From Macrostomum lignano (lineage: Eukaryota): DNA of 64,000 nucleotides. The translations under genes were made by a program, and so were the position numbers. Shown piece after piece: positions 34,611 to 46,560 of this stretch. Positions within the stretch are counted from its first letter, which is position 1. Every line of letters begins with the position of its first letter. The stretch covers positions 411,992 through 475,991 of the forward strand of contig NIVC01000105.1 in the NCBI GenBank assembly GCA_002269645.1. Reading direction: 5' to 3'. Under the pieces are notes generated by a model that did no database searches, had not been told where the DNA came from, and worked only from the letters and a program-made list of their open reading frames with translations.

Positions 34611-35780
34611 TACTATTGGAAAATTCAAAAATTATGACAGGTAGTTAGATGCCTTTTGTTCACAATTATTCTAACAGGGTTTTCAACCCTAAATGTTTTT
34701 TTCCTCTAAAGACTAAATGTCTAGTTGATGATTTAGACTAGAGGTCCATTTGCCCTATCACAACATTTTGACCATAGATATATTTTCATACTTTGTGCAC
34801 TTTGCACTGTCTTTGCTTTTCTACCTTTTTAGCAAAACACAGAAGCCATCTATTCTAAGGGGTTTATAAGCTAAAAAAGTTATAAATAAGAATTTTAAAA
34901 ACTTGTATATATAATACTACTAAAAGTGAGCATATGGTAAAAGAGGTAACTTGTTTATTTGAAACTTGAAAGCTAATTAGTTATTTATAAAATATGAATA
35001 AGAAGGTTATTTTCTAGGTTTTTTTTAGGCTATACGATAGCCACTGGCTACCCAAAAAAGCCATTGGCAACTAGATTTATGGTATCAGAGGCCAATCTAG
35101 CAACCAACTTAAACCAAGGCAGTTGCCAATGATAAAACAGTCTGTCACATTTTATTACTGCTAAGATTGGCTTGGCTGAAAACCTGAAGCCTGAGCTGAT
35201 TTAAGCATATTATTTTTTCGTCAATGCGTGAAAATTGTTGCAAAAACAACTTTATAAAGTGGGACACTGAAATAGGTCAGTTGCTAGTTGGCAACTAAGG
35301 ATGGCAATTGGCAACTAGATTTTGGATAAAAAAACCCTGGTTATTTTAGTAGCATTAGAATGCACAACAGAAAGTTAAGAAAGATTGGGAAAGAAGTGAA
35401 TCATAGTGATTGATGCTCACACACAAGCTATAACAACTTTATTTTATTATTAAAGTTCATTAATAATAAGTTGTTATATCTGCATGATCATTATTATAAA
35501 CAAAGAAAATTGGCCTAATTATGCATTTAGATAAATTTGAATACATACTGTAATATACCTTCTTATCAGACTTATATTTTTGTTCTTTCTTTGTATCTTT
35601 AGTCATTGACATTATCATTCACATTAACAATGAATTTATTATTAACTTACAAAATTATTAATGCAAATTTGTTAATCTATTAGTGCAAAAAATATTAATA
35701 GCAGTCAATTACCCTTAATGAAAAATCTTAATGCTTATTAATAGACTGGTGTCCAACACTATTGACACATTAGTTATACA

Positions 35781-36218
35781 CCATAGTCAGGAAGGTGGCA
35801 CAGTGTGCGCCGGAACTATTTTGATGCCTTTTGAGCACTGTGCACCGTGCGCCATGAAGAAAAGATTTTGTGCGCCGCAGCGGGCCATGATAAGGTAAGT
35901 CTAAGGTAAGGTAAGGTAAGGTAAGGTATTTATTTTAGCGTAAGGAATTTACAGTAGACAAATTTGAATTTTATATTGTGATTTAAGTAATTTACGTAAT
36001 TTACATAATTTTATTTTACAAATTATGGAATTAGGCCTGACACTATATATTTTGCAAAATATAACAAAGTGTAACTATATATTTTTTCAGCGCCATGCAC
36101 CATGTGCACCGCCAGAGCATTTCCAATTTTTCCTTGTACGCTGTGTGCATCGTATGTGCCAAAAAAGGCCAATTTGCGCCGGAAAATTCACCAAAAACTG
36201 CCACCTTCCTAGCTATGG
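35781..36218. mobile_element. hAT-type MITE, 438 bp
   Basis: TIRs CCATAGTCAGGAAGGTGGCA and TGCCACCTTCCTAGCTATGG. The 8-bp flanks are GTTATACA and GTTATATA (7/8 TSD). Confidence 0.75.
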
Positions 36219-36616
36219 GTTATATACAAATTCAAATGTTGTGAAGATATGGTAGACAAAATTACCTAGTCTAATCACACCTAATATAAAAAAGTAATAC
36301 CATTTGACTTACAACTTAGGTAGCTGGCAGGCTAGTTTTTCATATTTTTTGCTTTAATTGTTTTTTGTCAACATTAAAAACCTGGTTACAAATAAAAATG
36401 CCAAATTTTTAGTAAAAAAATTACCTGGAAGCACAAAGCATAACTAGATCTTGGCTATAAAATTGTTTGTTAATTTTTTTGTACTTGAATTTTATTCCTC
36501 CTATTTTTAGAGTCCAACAACAAAACAAGTGAGCAAATTATCAATGATTATCAACTAGTAGCAAAATTGTTTATTATAGTCAATTGCCAACTTATGACAT
36601 TATCATTTGGGGTATA

Positions 36617-37238
36617 CACTCAGCAACAGTCAAAACCACCACCCTACTGAGAGAGGCAAATTCTCTTTCACTTCAACTGCAAGTGTGCCACAGTGTGGCT
36701 AAAGCTAAGTGAGAGTAAAAAAGGGACTGGGATTGGTAGATTAGGGTTAGGGATGCAATATTTAATTTATTGTATACATGACAATAATGGTCAGGCATTT
36801 GACAGACACTGAACGATGTGCACTGTTGGCATGCTAGAAGCTGGTGCATTTATCAGCACAATTGCTCGCTAATTTGGCCAATCATGTTCAACAATTCAAG
36901 TGCTATTAACGAAGTCCCAAGAGACTGGTAGTGTTCACAATGCAGCCATAGGCAGCCAGTGCCATGATCTCTGCAGCTCAACAGCCAGGGCAAATTGACG
37001 TCTGCTGTGGATTGTCAGGCGAACTCTGACCACGCCAGCCACCTGGCTCTATCTTATTCTAACTGCAAGCTGACTGCTAATCTACTAGGCCTAAGTAAGT
37101 GCATCCCCTGATTGCCCTCTCCTACATCACTCTCACCTAGCTTTAGCCACACCATGGTGCAAGTTACGTCACTTGCAGTTGAGGTGAGAGAGAAGTCGCC
37201 TCTCTCGGTAGGGTGGCAGTTTTGACTGTTGCTGAGTG
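36617..37238 (+). mobile_element. Tc1-like non-autonomous element with ~110-bp TIRs
   Basis: TA|CACTCAGCAACAGTCAAAAC... is inverted at 37129-37238. The interior has a decayed HTH (VGMLEAGAFISTIAR*FGQSCSTIQVLLTKSQETGSV) resembling a Tc1 transposase N-terminus. Confidence 0.75.
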
Positions 37239-39395
37239 TGTGTACCACTTGACTTACAACTTAGGCAGGCTATAGTTTTTCATATTTTTGCTTTAATTGT
37301 TTTTTGACAGCGTTAAAAACCTGGTTACAAATGAAAATGCCAAAATTTTAGTAAAATTTTACCAAGAAGCACAAAGCTCGGTAGGGTGGCGGTTTTGACT
37401 GTTTCTGAGTGTAGTAAGCCTAGGCCTAGGCCCTAGGCAAACGTTAAAAAAACAAGACTAAGTTAAGTACGAGACCATTTCTTTGTCATAGAAGCATGTT
37501 ATTCGAAAAAAATTATTATATTATAATAGGAGAATAGAAAGAATGTAATACTTTTAATAGGATAATCAGCATTGAAGCAATAATGAACATCAATACATAT
37601 GTATGCTTGGCTTTGGCTGCCGCTGCTGATGGATGATGTTGAGGTGGGGGTGGTGAAGAAAATAAACAAGATTTGAAATTGTAAGATTAGGGAGAATAAA
37701 AAATTTGGGTTTGTCGTCGGCATGTAAAGCCGGAAAATTGCACAAATTGCTGCGCTGATTCTTCTCCTAGGTTACTCCGTCTGCCGGGTCCTCAATTCCG
37801 GGGGGAGGGTAGTCGTAATCGTAGTCGAGCGGTCTTGTAGCGGCCCGGGTCGTTCAAATTAGGTCCTCAGACACCGAAAAATTATAGTTTGTCGAAATTG
37901 CTAGTTGTGTTACTCTCAGTAGTAAAGTAGCGCTGCCACCACCGTAAATGTCGTTTTACGGAACGTTTAGGGTCTCAGAGTTTTCTTTGAGATGAGACTG
38001 ATTGGTTATTTTACGCCCCGCGGGCAAATGACTCAATAGAAAACTAAAGGCTTCGATTCTGAACAACTGAATAAATATTAAATGTTGCGAACTTATTATT
38101 ATTTCGTTAATTATTATTACGGTTAGTTATTATTGCTACGCGAGATGAACGAGCAGAGACAGGAGCAGAAAAAAAGAAGAAATAAAAAAAAAATAAAACT
38201 AACTAAACTAAAACCCAAACAAACACACTTTAAAAAAATGACTCCAGAGATAACTCATATATAACATATTGGCGTGAAGGATCCCAGGGGTGGGACAGAG
38301 GATGGGACAAGGGAAGGGACAACGAAGGGAAAAAGAGGAAAACCCGGCCGCTGGAAACATTAAAACAACAGGGGCCAAGGGAGGGAACAAAAAAGGGAAC
38401 AGACGAGGGAGCAAGGGCGGGAACAAACGGGGGAACAAACCAGGGAACAAAAGTTGAAAAAAATGACGTCAATCCGTCCGGCCGTCCTCATGTCGTCGCC
38501 CGCGGGAGATCTGCCGTCGTTCACCCCAGTGGTAGACCGGCCTACCACAATGTTCAGCCAAATTTGAAAAAAATATTTAACATTCTCTGTGTTAATAGGA
38601 AATATATACAAAATGAGCAAAAAACTTTTTCACACGAAAAATTTACTTATAAAAAGAATACTACCTTAAGATCCAAAAGCTTAGGATTGCCCATTAGCAA
38701 AGAAAAAAATATACGCAACTGTGTAATTTGTTTTAATCGTAAATTTTCGTTACCGAAAACAACTGGACTAACAACAACCCAGAGACTTCTTAATCTTATA
38801 TTCTTTGCTGAAAAAATTCTGCCCGACAATGGCGAGGACTAACCTTTTTTTCAACTCAAAGCTACTTATTATCTGCTTCCCCAGATTCACAAATTGAGGT
38901 TATGGAAAGGTAGACAAATTTTAGAAAAACTCAGAAGCTGAGCCTATATCGTTGGTTTAAGACTGTCCATCGAGCTCGCTGAGAGACGAAACTGCCAGGT
39001 TTTTTTGCAGTTTCAGTCGTGGCGTATACATGTATGCATATGTAACACGCGGTATTTGGCAGCACCAAAAACACGAAGGCCCCGGCCGTGAGGCAGTGAT
39101 CGCTTTATTTATGCAAGTTGAAGTTAAGCCTGCGATGTACATAGAGAGCGAACGTACATTAAATCAATACGATGATTCAGCTAATTATTTGTCACGATTG
39201 CTAACAGTTCAGACTGCCTCTAAGGCAAGGAATAAAATATTACATTTCTCCCCCACAAAAGGAGCATAGCAACAGGGAATAAAAAGATGAGAGTGAAACA
39301 CAGCTAGCGAAATGTAGAGTAAAAAGAGGAACGCAGACTGTAATATACATTTCAATCACAGTCTCTGACAGTCCATGGCCTCAGTCACTCAGCGC

Positions 39396-42300
39396 TCACA
39401 CCGAGGTAGTCCGGAGGACGCCGCACCCTGGCCGCGGGTACCGCCGCTCGGCCTGGCTCGACTCCGGGGCGACCTCGTGGGTCACCGGCTGCTCGCGGAG
39501 CTGCTCCGCATCGGCCTGGGCTGCGAGCCGCCTGCGCAGCCGGTTCACGTGCACCCAGTGGACCGGCCGAATGCCGAAGGCGCGGCGGATGCGCACCGAG
39601 TGGCCGCGCTGCTCGAGCACCGTCCAGTCCGGCTCCCAGTACGGCGCCAGCTTCGATCGCCGCATCTCGATTCTGAGCAATACCTGGGTGCCTTGCGGAA
39701 ACTGCGGCAGGTCCGACGCCTTCTTGTCGTGCGCCGCCTTCTGTTGCTGTCCGGCGGTCACCAGGTTTTCCTCAACGAACTCGTGGATGCGGGCCAACCG
39801 ACGCTCCAGCAGCGCCGAGTAGGTGCCGATGTCATACTGCTGCTCGCTGGCCTGCACCTGTGGTGGAAGCTGCGGGTCGCGGCCGGTCATCACAGTCAGC
39901 GGCGTCACCTTGGTTGAGCTGTGGACCCTGGAGTTGTAGGACAGGACCACCAGCGGCAGCTGCTCCTCCCAGCTGGACTCGGTCTCGGTGAACAGCCGCA
40001 GCAGTTGCAACAGCGACTTGTTGCCGCGCTCCACAAGGCCGTTTCCCTGCGGATGGTAGGGCGATGTGCGCGTCTTCCTGATGCCCAGCACTCGCAGCGT
40101 CTCCTGGGACAGCTCGCTCTCGAAGTTCGCGCCCTGATCCGAGTGGATGACCGATGGGACTCCGAATAGCGAGAAAACCTTGACTGCAGCGTCCGCGATG
40201 GTCTTGGCAGTCTGGTCTGGCATCGGCATGGCGGTCAGGAACTTGGAGAACTGGTCCTGCATCACCAGCAGGTATAGCTGTTGCCGCGGTCTGACAGCGG
40301 CACCTTCAGCACGTCGATGGCCACAGTCTGCCAGGGCTTGCCGATCGGCATCTCTCCAAGTGGGGCCGCGGGGCGCTGCTGCGCCTTCTTTAGCTGGCAG
40401 GTCTGGCACTCCTGGCAGAAACTCACCACGTCGCTCTGCAGTCCCGGCCAGTACGCGGCCTGCTTCAGCGTATCGGCCATCTTCTCTGGCCCGAAGTGGC
40501 CGCCGATGCCTTCGTGGAAGTCGGTCAGGAACTGGCGCCGCAGCGACTCCGGAATCACAGGAACGTCTCTCGGTCCTGCGGCGTCGTTGAATGCCCGGCA
40601 GAGAAAGCCATCTTGGATCCTCAGCTTCCGCCAGATGCGGCTGAGGTGTCTCAGGCTGGTGTCCGACCATCTTGGTGGAGTCGTGCTGTCCTTCTCCAGC
40701 GCCGCGAGGACCAGCTTGAGCTTCGGATCGGCAAGTTGCGCCTGCCGCATCTCCTGATTGGACACCTTCGGCTTTAGCTCCGTTGCCGACGCTCCGATCA
40801 CCTCGCCGTGGCTTTCGTGCATCCTGGACAGGCCGTCCGCCTCCACGTTGTCGACGCCCTTGGTATACTTGATGGTGAAGGCGAACTCCTGCAGCAGCAA
40901 CCGCCAGCGCCCAAGCCGGCCATGGCTGTCGACCCGCTGAGAATTCAGAAACGTGAGCGGGCAGTGGTCGGTGAAGACCGTGAAGTGCCGGCAAGCAGGT
41001 AGTGCCTGTAGGTCTTCAGGGCGTGCAGGATAGCCAGGCACTCCTTCTCGACAGTTGAGTAGCTCTTCTCCGGTGCCGTAAGCGCTCTGCTGCAGTACTC
41101 AATCACCTGGTCTCCTTGCTTGAGCACGATGCCGACTCCGGTGTTGCTGGCATCCGTGTAGAGCTGGAACTCCTTGGAGAAGACCGGGTGGCCGATGATC
41201 GGCGGCTGCTGCAGGGCCTCCTTGAGACGTCGGAATGCCGTGCCGCACTCGCTGGTCCACTCGAACTTCTCTGTTTTGCTCGTCAGTCTGTGCAGCGGCC
41301 CGGCGATATCGGAGAAGCTCGGCACGTACTTCCTGTACTGGTTGCAGAGGCCAAGGAACTGCCGCACCTGCGTTGGCGAATGCGGTATCGGCCACTCCTG
41401 GATAGCGCGCACCTTCTCAGGGCTCACGGTGGCACCCTTGGCCGAGAATACGGTGCCGAGAAAAGTGACCTCCGGCAGGCCTAGCTGGCACTTGCGCCTC
41501 GGACGGTGAGCCCAGCGCCTCTGATCTTTTCGAAGACTTCTCGCAGGTGCCGGAGATGCTCAGCCTTCGATCTGGAGAAGCACAGCGTGTCGTCCATGTA
41601 GGTGAAGGTCTGTGCGGTGCCTTTGAACACGCGGTTCATTAGGATGGTGAACGAGCTCGGGCCGCCGCAGACGCCCTGCGGCATCCGCTTGAACTGGTAC
41701 AGCGGCATTCCGGGCCCTGGGCTGAAGGCCGTCTTCTGCTTGTCTTCCGGCTTCATCGGAATTTGGAAGTAGCCGCCGTTCAGGTCGATCACCGAGAAAA
41801 TCTCGTTGCCAGACAACTTGTCCTTGACGAAGTCCATCTGCGGAATGCCCTGCGCTGACCGCACCGTCTTCTTGTTCAGCTCGCGGTAATCGATCGTCAA
41901 CCGCAGGTCACCGTTCTTCTTCCGCACGTACACTGGGGTCGCCACGTACGGGCTGTCCGACTCCTCGATGACGTCATTGTCCAGCAGCTCCTGAATCAGC
42001 TTCCTCACCTCGGGCTCCCAGTGCACCGGCAGCTTCCTCGGCGGGATCCGCACCGGGACATCGTCAGTCAGCGGGATGCTGTGCTCGTGTCGATCCGTCA
42101 GCCCTGGCCGCCTGGTGAAAATGTCGCTGAACTCGCGCACCAAAGCTCGGATGTCCGAGTCCTCCGCGACTGGCAGGTCGATCTTGGTGAAATCCGGCAC
42201 CAGCTTCTCTTCAATGTCCTCGAGCTGACTGTCAGCATCGAGATGACTCACGCCGTTGATCACACAAGAGTCCTTTGATGGGGTCTCTGCTGCACTGTCG

Positions 42301-42752
42301 CTGAAGTCCAGGCACATGTTGCAGGCCTTGATGAAGTCCAGCCCGATGATGACGGCAGCAACCAGACCTTCAGACACGTAAAACGGGTGCCGCCGCTCGA
42401 TGCCGCCGAGCGACACCGCCAGGCTGGCCACCTGCCGCACCGGCACCGCCTGCTGGTTGACTGCCCGCAGCTCCAGGTGCACGCTCTCCAGCTGAGCTGG
42501 CCGCATGCTCTGCAGGACCCGCTTGTCCACGATTGACACCTGGCTGCCTGAGTCGATAAGCGCCGTGACGTCCGCGCCTCCGATCCTGCACTGCAGCTTG
42601 GATGTTGACGGGTTCGGCCTGATGACGACAGCTGCTGCGCTGCTGCTGGCTGCACCGCTCCCCTCTGCGCCCAGGAACAACCCACTCACGCTGGGGCCCG
42701 CGCTCAGAACTGGCCAGGGGCGCGGGCTCTGCCCCGGCCTGTGCCGTTTCCC
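39396..42752 (-). CDS. pol: Gypsy pol (protease, RT, RNase H, integrase), broken by 3 frameshifts near 41500, 41000 and 40300
   Basis: LIDSGSQVS, LRLTIDYRELN, YMDD, YTDAS, HEGIGGHFG...CQTC, IDVL / SDQG / ERGN, WVHVNRLR. Confidence 0.92.
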
Positions 42753-43494
42753 GGCGGATGATTGCAGTTCCTGGCGATGTGGCCGCGGCGGTGGCAGTTC
42801 CAGCAGGTCACCTCGCGCTGTCTCCTCGCACTGCGAATCGCGCAGGAGTCCGAAACCTTTGAGCCCAGCTTTGCCGCCAGGTCTTGGACCGTCGCCTGCA
42901 GCGAGCTGACCGCAGCCCTCAGTTCTGCCGTCTCCGCGCTGCCTGCAGCTCCGGCTGCCGCTGCAAGAGGCTGCTTGAATCCGTCCGTGGTGGCAGAAGG
43001 CAGCTCCAGTAGCAGTTGTGCCCGTGCGAGAGCGTCACTCACGGTCTTGGCTGACGCGTCCGCTCTGATCTGCTTGCTGATGTCCATCGGCAGTCCGCGA
43101 ATAAACTGGTGAGTCAGCATGGTGGCCGTTGCGCCTGCCTCGCTAATGCCAGCGTCCTTTAGCAGCTGCTTCACGTGATAGAGAAAGAGCCGAGGACAGC
43201 CCGGCAGCAGCTTCCGGCTCTCGAATGCATCCAGCGCTGAGAATTGCTGGCTGTCCGGGTGAAATGCCTGGCTCAGAGCTTTGGTCACTTTGCTGTAGTC
43301 GCTCTTGCTATTCTCGTCGAGCTCAAGAAAAACAGCCAGAGCCTCACCATCCAAAAACGTTGGCAGGTGCAAATGCTTGTCATTTACCCACTTGTTGGCT
43401 GCCGCGCACAGCTCAAACCGCTGGAGCCACTCCTTAAAGTTGCCTGAGTTGCCTGAGCCCTAGGAATCGCACGGTGACTGCCGCCCTCTGCCAT
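42704..43494 (-). CDS. gag: Gypsy gag (one frameshift near 43460)
   Basis: ATG 43494, then FKEWLQRFELCAAANKW..LPTFLDGEAL and a CCHC knuckle CWNCHRRGHIARNC. Confidence 0.88.
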
Positions 43495-44444
43495 AGTACA
43501 CTCTGCTACCACTTGTAACACGCGGTATTTGGCAGCACCAAAAACACGAAGGCCCCGTGAGGCCGTGATCGCTTTATTTATGCAAGTTGAAGTTAAGCCT
43601 GCGATGTACATAGAGAGCGAACGTACATTAAATCAATACGATGATTCAGATAATTATTTGTCACGATTGCTAACAGTTCAGACTGCCTCTAAGGCAAGGA
43701 ATAAAATATTACACATATAGCTAAGTACGTATAGCTACTAGTAGTAGCTATAGCTCTTTATACAGTGTACATTCAAAAAGCAACTGACTTGAATAGAAAT
43801 ACTAGAGGCCCTTATAATTACAGTAAAACCCATGTATCTGGTGCGACAAAAACAACAAAAGCAGAATATACAGCTTACAGTACGCTTTCAGCTGGGTCTT
43901 TTTGGAAAGCAGCACATTTACATGTACAGTACGATGCGTTTAGTAGTAGGCGTGCGACTGTAGGCCAGTACGATCGCCTAGCCTACCGAAGGAGGACCAC
44001 GCCGCCCACAGAATTCCTTTCAACATCTCGACTGGACTGAAAGGTTCTGCTTCCTACATGAGAGAGTTCGTTCGCCTTTTCTGTATACCCTTACAAATTA
44101 ATACAATTACATGTACCATGCACACTACTGATTTTCCAACTGATTTAGCTTCCACCCTTTTTTATTTACACATGATCCCATGTATGATCTGTTGATGACG
44201 ATAAAATCCCTGAGCTAAGCCGGGTTGCTTGGCAGTCGCATATCTGTCACAATGAGTATTTAAAGTTTGCCACGGAGACTGCAGAAGGTGCAGCACAAGG
44301 AGTGCATGTTTTCAAATATCGTGAGGATGGCGTAAGGCTATAGGTTTACGTCATTTGCATGCGGATCGTCATCGCGAGACGCAAGATAGATAATTGATCG
44401 TAGGCCGTCCTCACAAAAAATACACTTTTTTGCGTTCTATTTCG

Positions 44445-44735
44445 ATAAAACTGCATTCAATTTCGGCAAACTGGCATCAGCTATATGGCCGCACATCCAA
44501 ACTGCATTGGAATTCGACAAACCGAGAACCAATTTCGGCAAACTGCATCCAATTTCGGCAACTCGAGTTTCTATTTAGACAAACTGATATTCAACTTCGG
44601 CAAACTGCATTCAATTTCGGCATCGTATATTCAATTTCGGCAGCTAGCGCCTCGTGACACAGACTGTCTATGTAAATAGGTACGCATCTATACCCAAAAC
44701 TGATTTTCAATTTCGGCAAACTGCACTCAATTTCG
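44445..44735. repeat. Degenerate 20-bp repeat (AACTGCATTCAATTTCGGCA)n
   Basis: Recurring aatttcggca units. Confidence 0.85.
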
Positions 44736-45020
44736 ACAGCGCTAATCTAAAAGGGAATAAAGAAAGAAAAGAGGACTTAGGACTTAGAGTCTGCACTGCA
44801 TTTGGAGTACAGTTACGGTGTAATTGAATGCGGATCACTTGTGCACGAAGACTATGTGCATCCTGTGCAATTGTTTCTGGCTATGCGCTTTGTTCCTTCG
44901 CGCGCCATGTTTGCTGATGAGTGCACAGGTTTTTGCGTGTTACAGCAGCTTACACCTATATGGAGCCGCGAAACCTGAACGATAACTCGTCATACCAGAA
45001 ACCTAGTAAAATTTAGTATG

Positions 45021-45054
45021 CAGGGACTACTCAAACATGTTTGAGTAGTCCCTG
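45021..45054. mobile_element. Perfect 34-bp palindrome with an 8-bp TSD-like flank (putative minimal hAT derivative)
   Basis: CAGGGACTACTCAAACA|TGTTTGAGTAGTCCCTG, flanked by TTAGTATG and GTAGTATG. Confidence 0.65.
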
Positions 45055-45389
45055 GTAGTATGTTAGAAGGCTCAAAAGACGAAATCCTCTATCCTATGAA
45101 CCACAAAAGTGCATATGCTAGTTTATATAAAGTTTTCTCAACTGACTCAATCTCACGATCTCAATAATTTTTTTACATTCTTTTATGCCATAGTCCCGAC
45201 GGCTTGGTCCGAAATCGGGCCATAGACAAATTAGACAAATTTTCTTAGTCTAACTTTCACACCCGTAGACGTCGGGAGCTGTTAAAGTCAAATGCATTCC
45301 ATAGAGTTCTAGCATAGAGTTTCCAAGATCCATTCAAACTAATCGTTTATCAACAAAACCGGAGTCAGCTGATTCGTCTAGCTATTACT

Positions 45390-46560
45390 CAACTGCTGAC
45401 GAGGCCGTTGATGAGTTTGAAGATGAGGTAGAGAACCCAGGAGTCGAACACGTTGGTGAGTGGCAGTGGCACATGGTTCAAGCTGACACTGATAATCGAC
45501 CATCAGCCTTGCCTGAATTCCTCGGTACCCCCGGTGCACGACCTGATTGGCATTCTCCACATGCTGCGGATGGAAACGAAGAAGCTTTCCTGAAGCTATT
45601 TCTGACGGATCAACTGTTTGAAGATATTAGCTGATGGACCAATGCAAAAGCTTGGAAGATCTTTCAGGAGGCAGAGACTCAGGATGCTGTACCGAAGCTG
45701 GTGTTAAACTGGCGTGATTGCTCGACTAATGAAGCTCGAAAAGTTGGTGGGCATTGTGCTGCTCATGGGAGTCGACAAGAAGCCAGAAATAGCCAGCTAC
45801 TGGTCAACCGATCTGATCTTTCACTGCCCGTTTCTTTCCAAGCCTTTCTCTCTATCAAGAGACCGATTTAAGCAGCTCCTGTCGTGTCTCCGTTTCTACG
45901 ACTGCTCCGAGGCTTTAGGTGCTGGTCCATTGGCAAAGGTGAAGCCCTTTCTCGATCGTGTGAGGCACCTCTGCAGCAATAACTACATGCCCCGACAGCG
46001 ACTTTCAATTGTTGAGACGCTGGTGCTTTACAAAGGGAGAGTTGCTTTCAAGCAATATATCCCGTCGAAGCGAAGCAAGTATGGCATAGAGCTGTACTGC
46101 CTCTGCGAGACTGAGAGTTCATATTTATGGAACTTCGTCATACACACGTCTCCTGAGGTTAATCAACAGTTTGGTGAAGGACTCGGATGTCAAGGCTTGA
46201 GTATGAGCGAGAGAGTTGTGGCAGAGCTGTGCCGCGGTCTCCTCCATCTCGGACATCATGTGTTCACTGATAGTTGGTTTACATCACGCCGGCTGGCCGA
46301 TTGGTTGCTGCAACACGATACGCTGCTGACCGGACGGTGCGGAAGGATCGCGGCATTCCCGCTGATTTGCAGGCTGTCAACATCCACCCAACTTCATCTG
46401 CATTCGCACGTTCAGGTGACCTCTTAGCGTGTAAATTTGTCGACAGGAAGCAAAGCGGCACCAAGACTCTGTACTCGCTGGACACGGTGGGCAAGAAAGA
46501 ATGCATTCAGGTTCAACGCAACCGTCGCGGTGGTGCAATCGAATTTTTGTTGGTGTTAAT
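45390..46560 (+). pseudogene. Decayed piggyBac (PGBD4-like) transposase
   Basis: FLKLFLTDQLFEDIS*WTN, YWST...LSRDRFKQLLSCLRFYD, FKQYIPSKRSKYGI, HHVFTDSWFTS, TVRKDRGIP. It has a stop, frameshifts, and the first catalytic Asp reads SIVE instead of SIDE. Confidence 0.9.

Larger units (their letters stand above)
39041..43713 (-). mobile_element. Full-length Ty3/Gypsy LTR retrotransposon
   Basis: TG...CA LTRs at 43514-43713 (5') and 39041-39244 (3') differ by one 4-bp indel and ~2 substitutions. TSD is CATA on both sides, the PBS TGGTAGCAGAG (43501-43511) matches the tRNA-iMet 3' end, and the PPT is GGGGGAGAAA (39245-39254). Domain order is PR-RT-RH-IN. Confidence 0.97.

Noticed and set aside
39375-43447. 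Plus-strand ORFs over the Gypsy element and over the DEG/ENaC genes
   Set aside because: They are antisense shadows of GC-rich coding sequence with no independent motifs.
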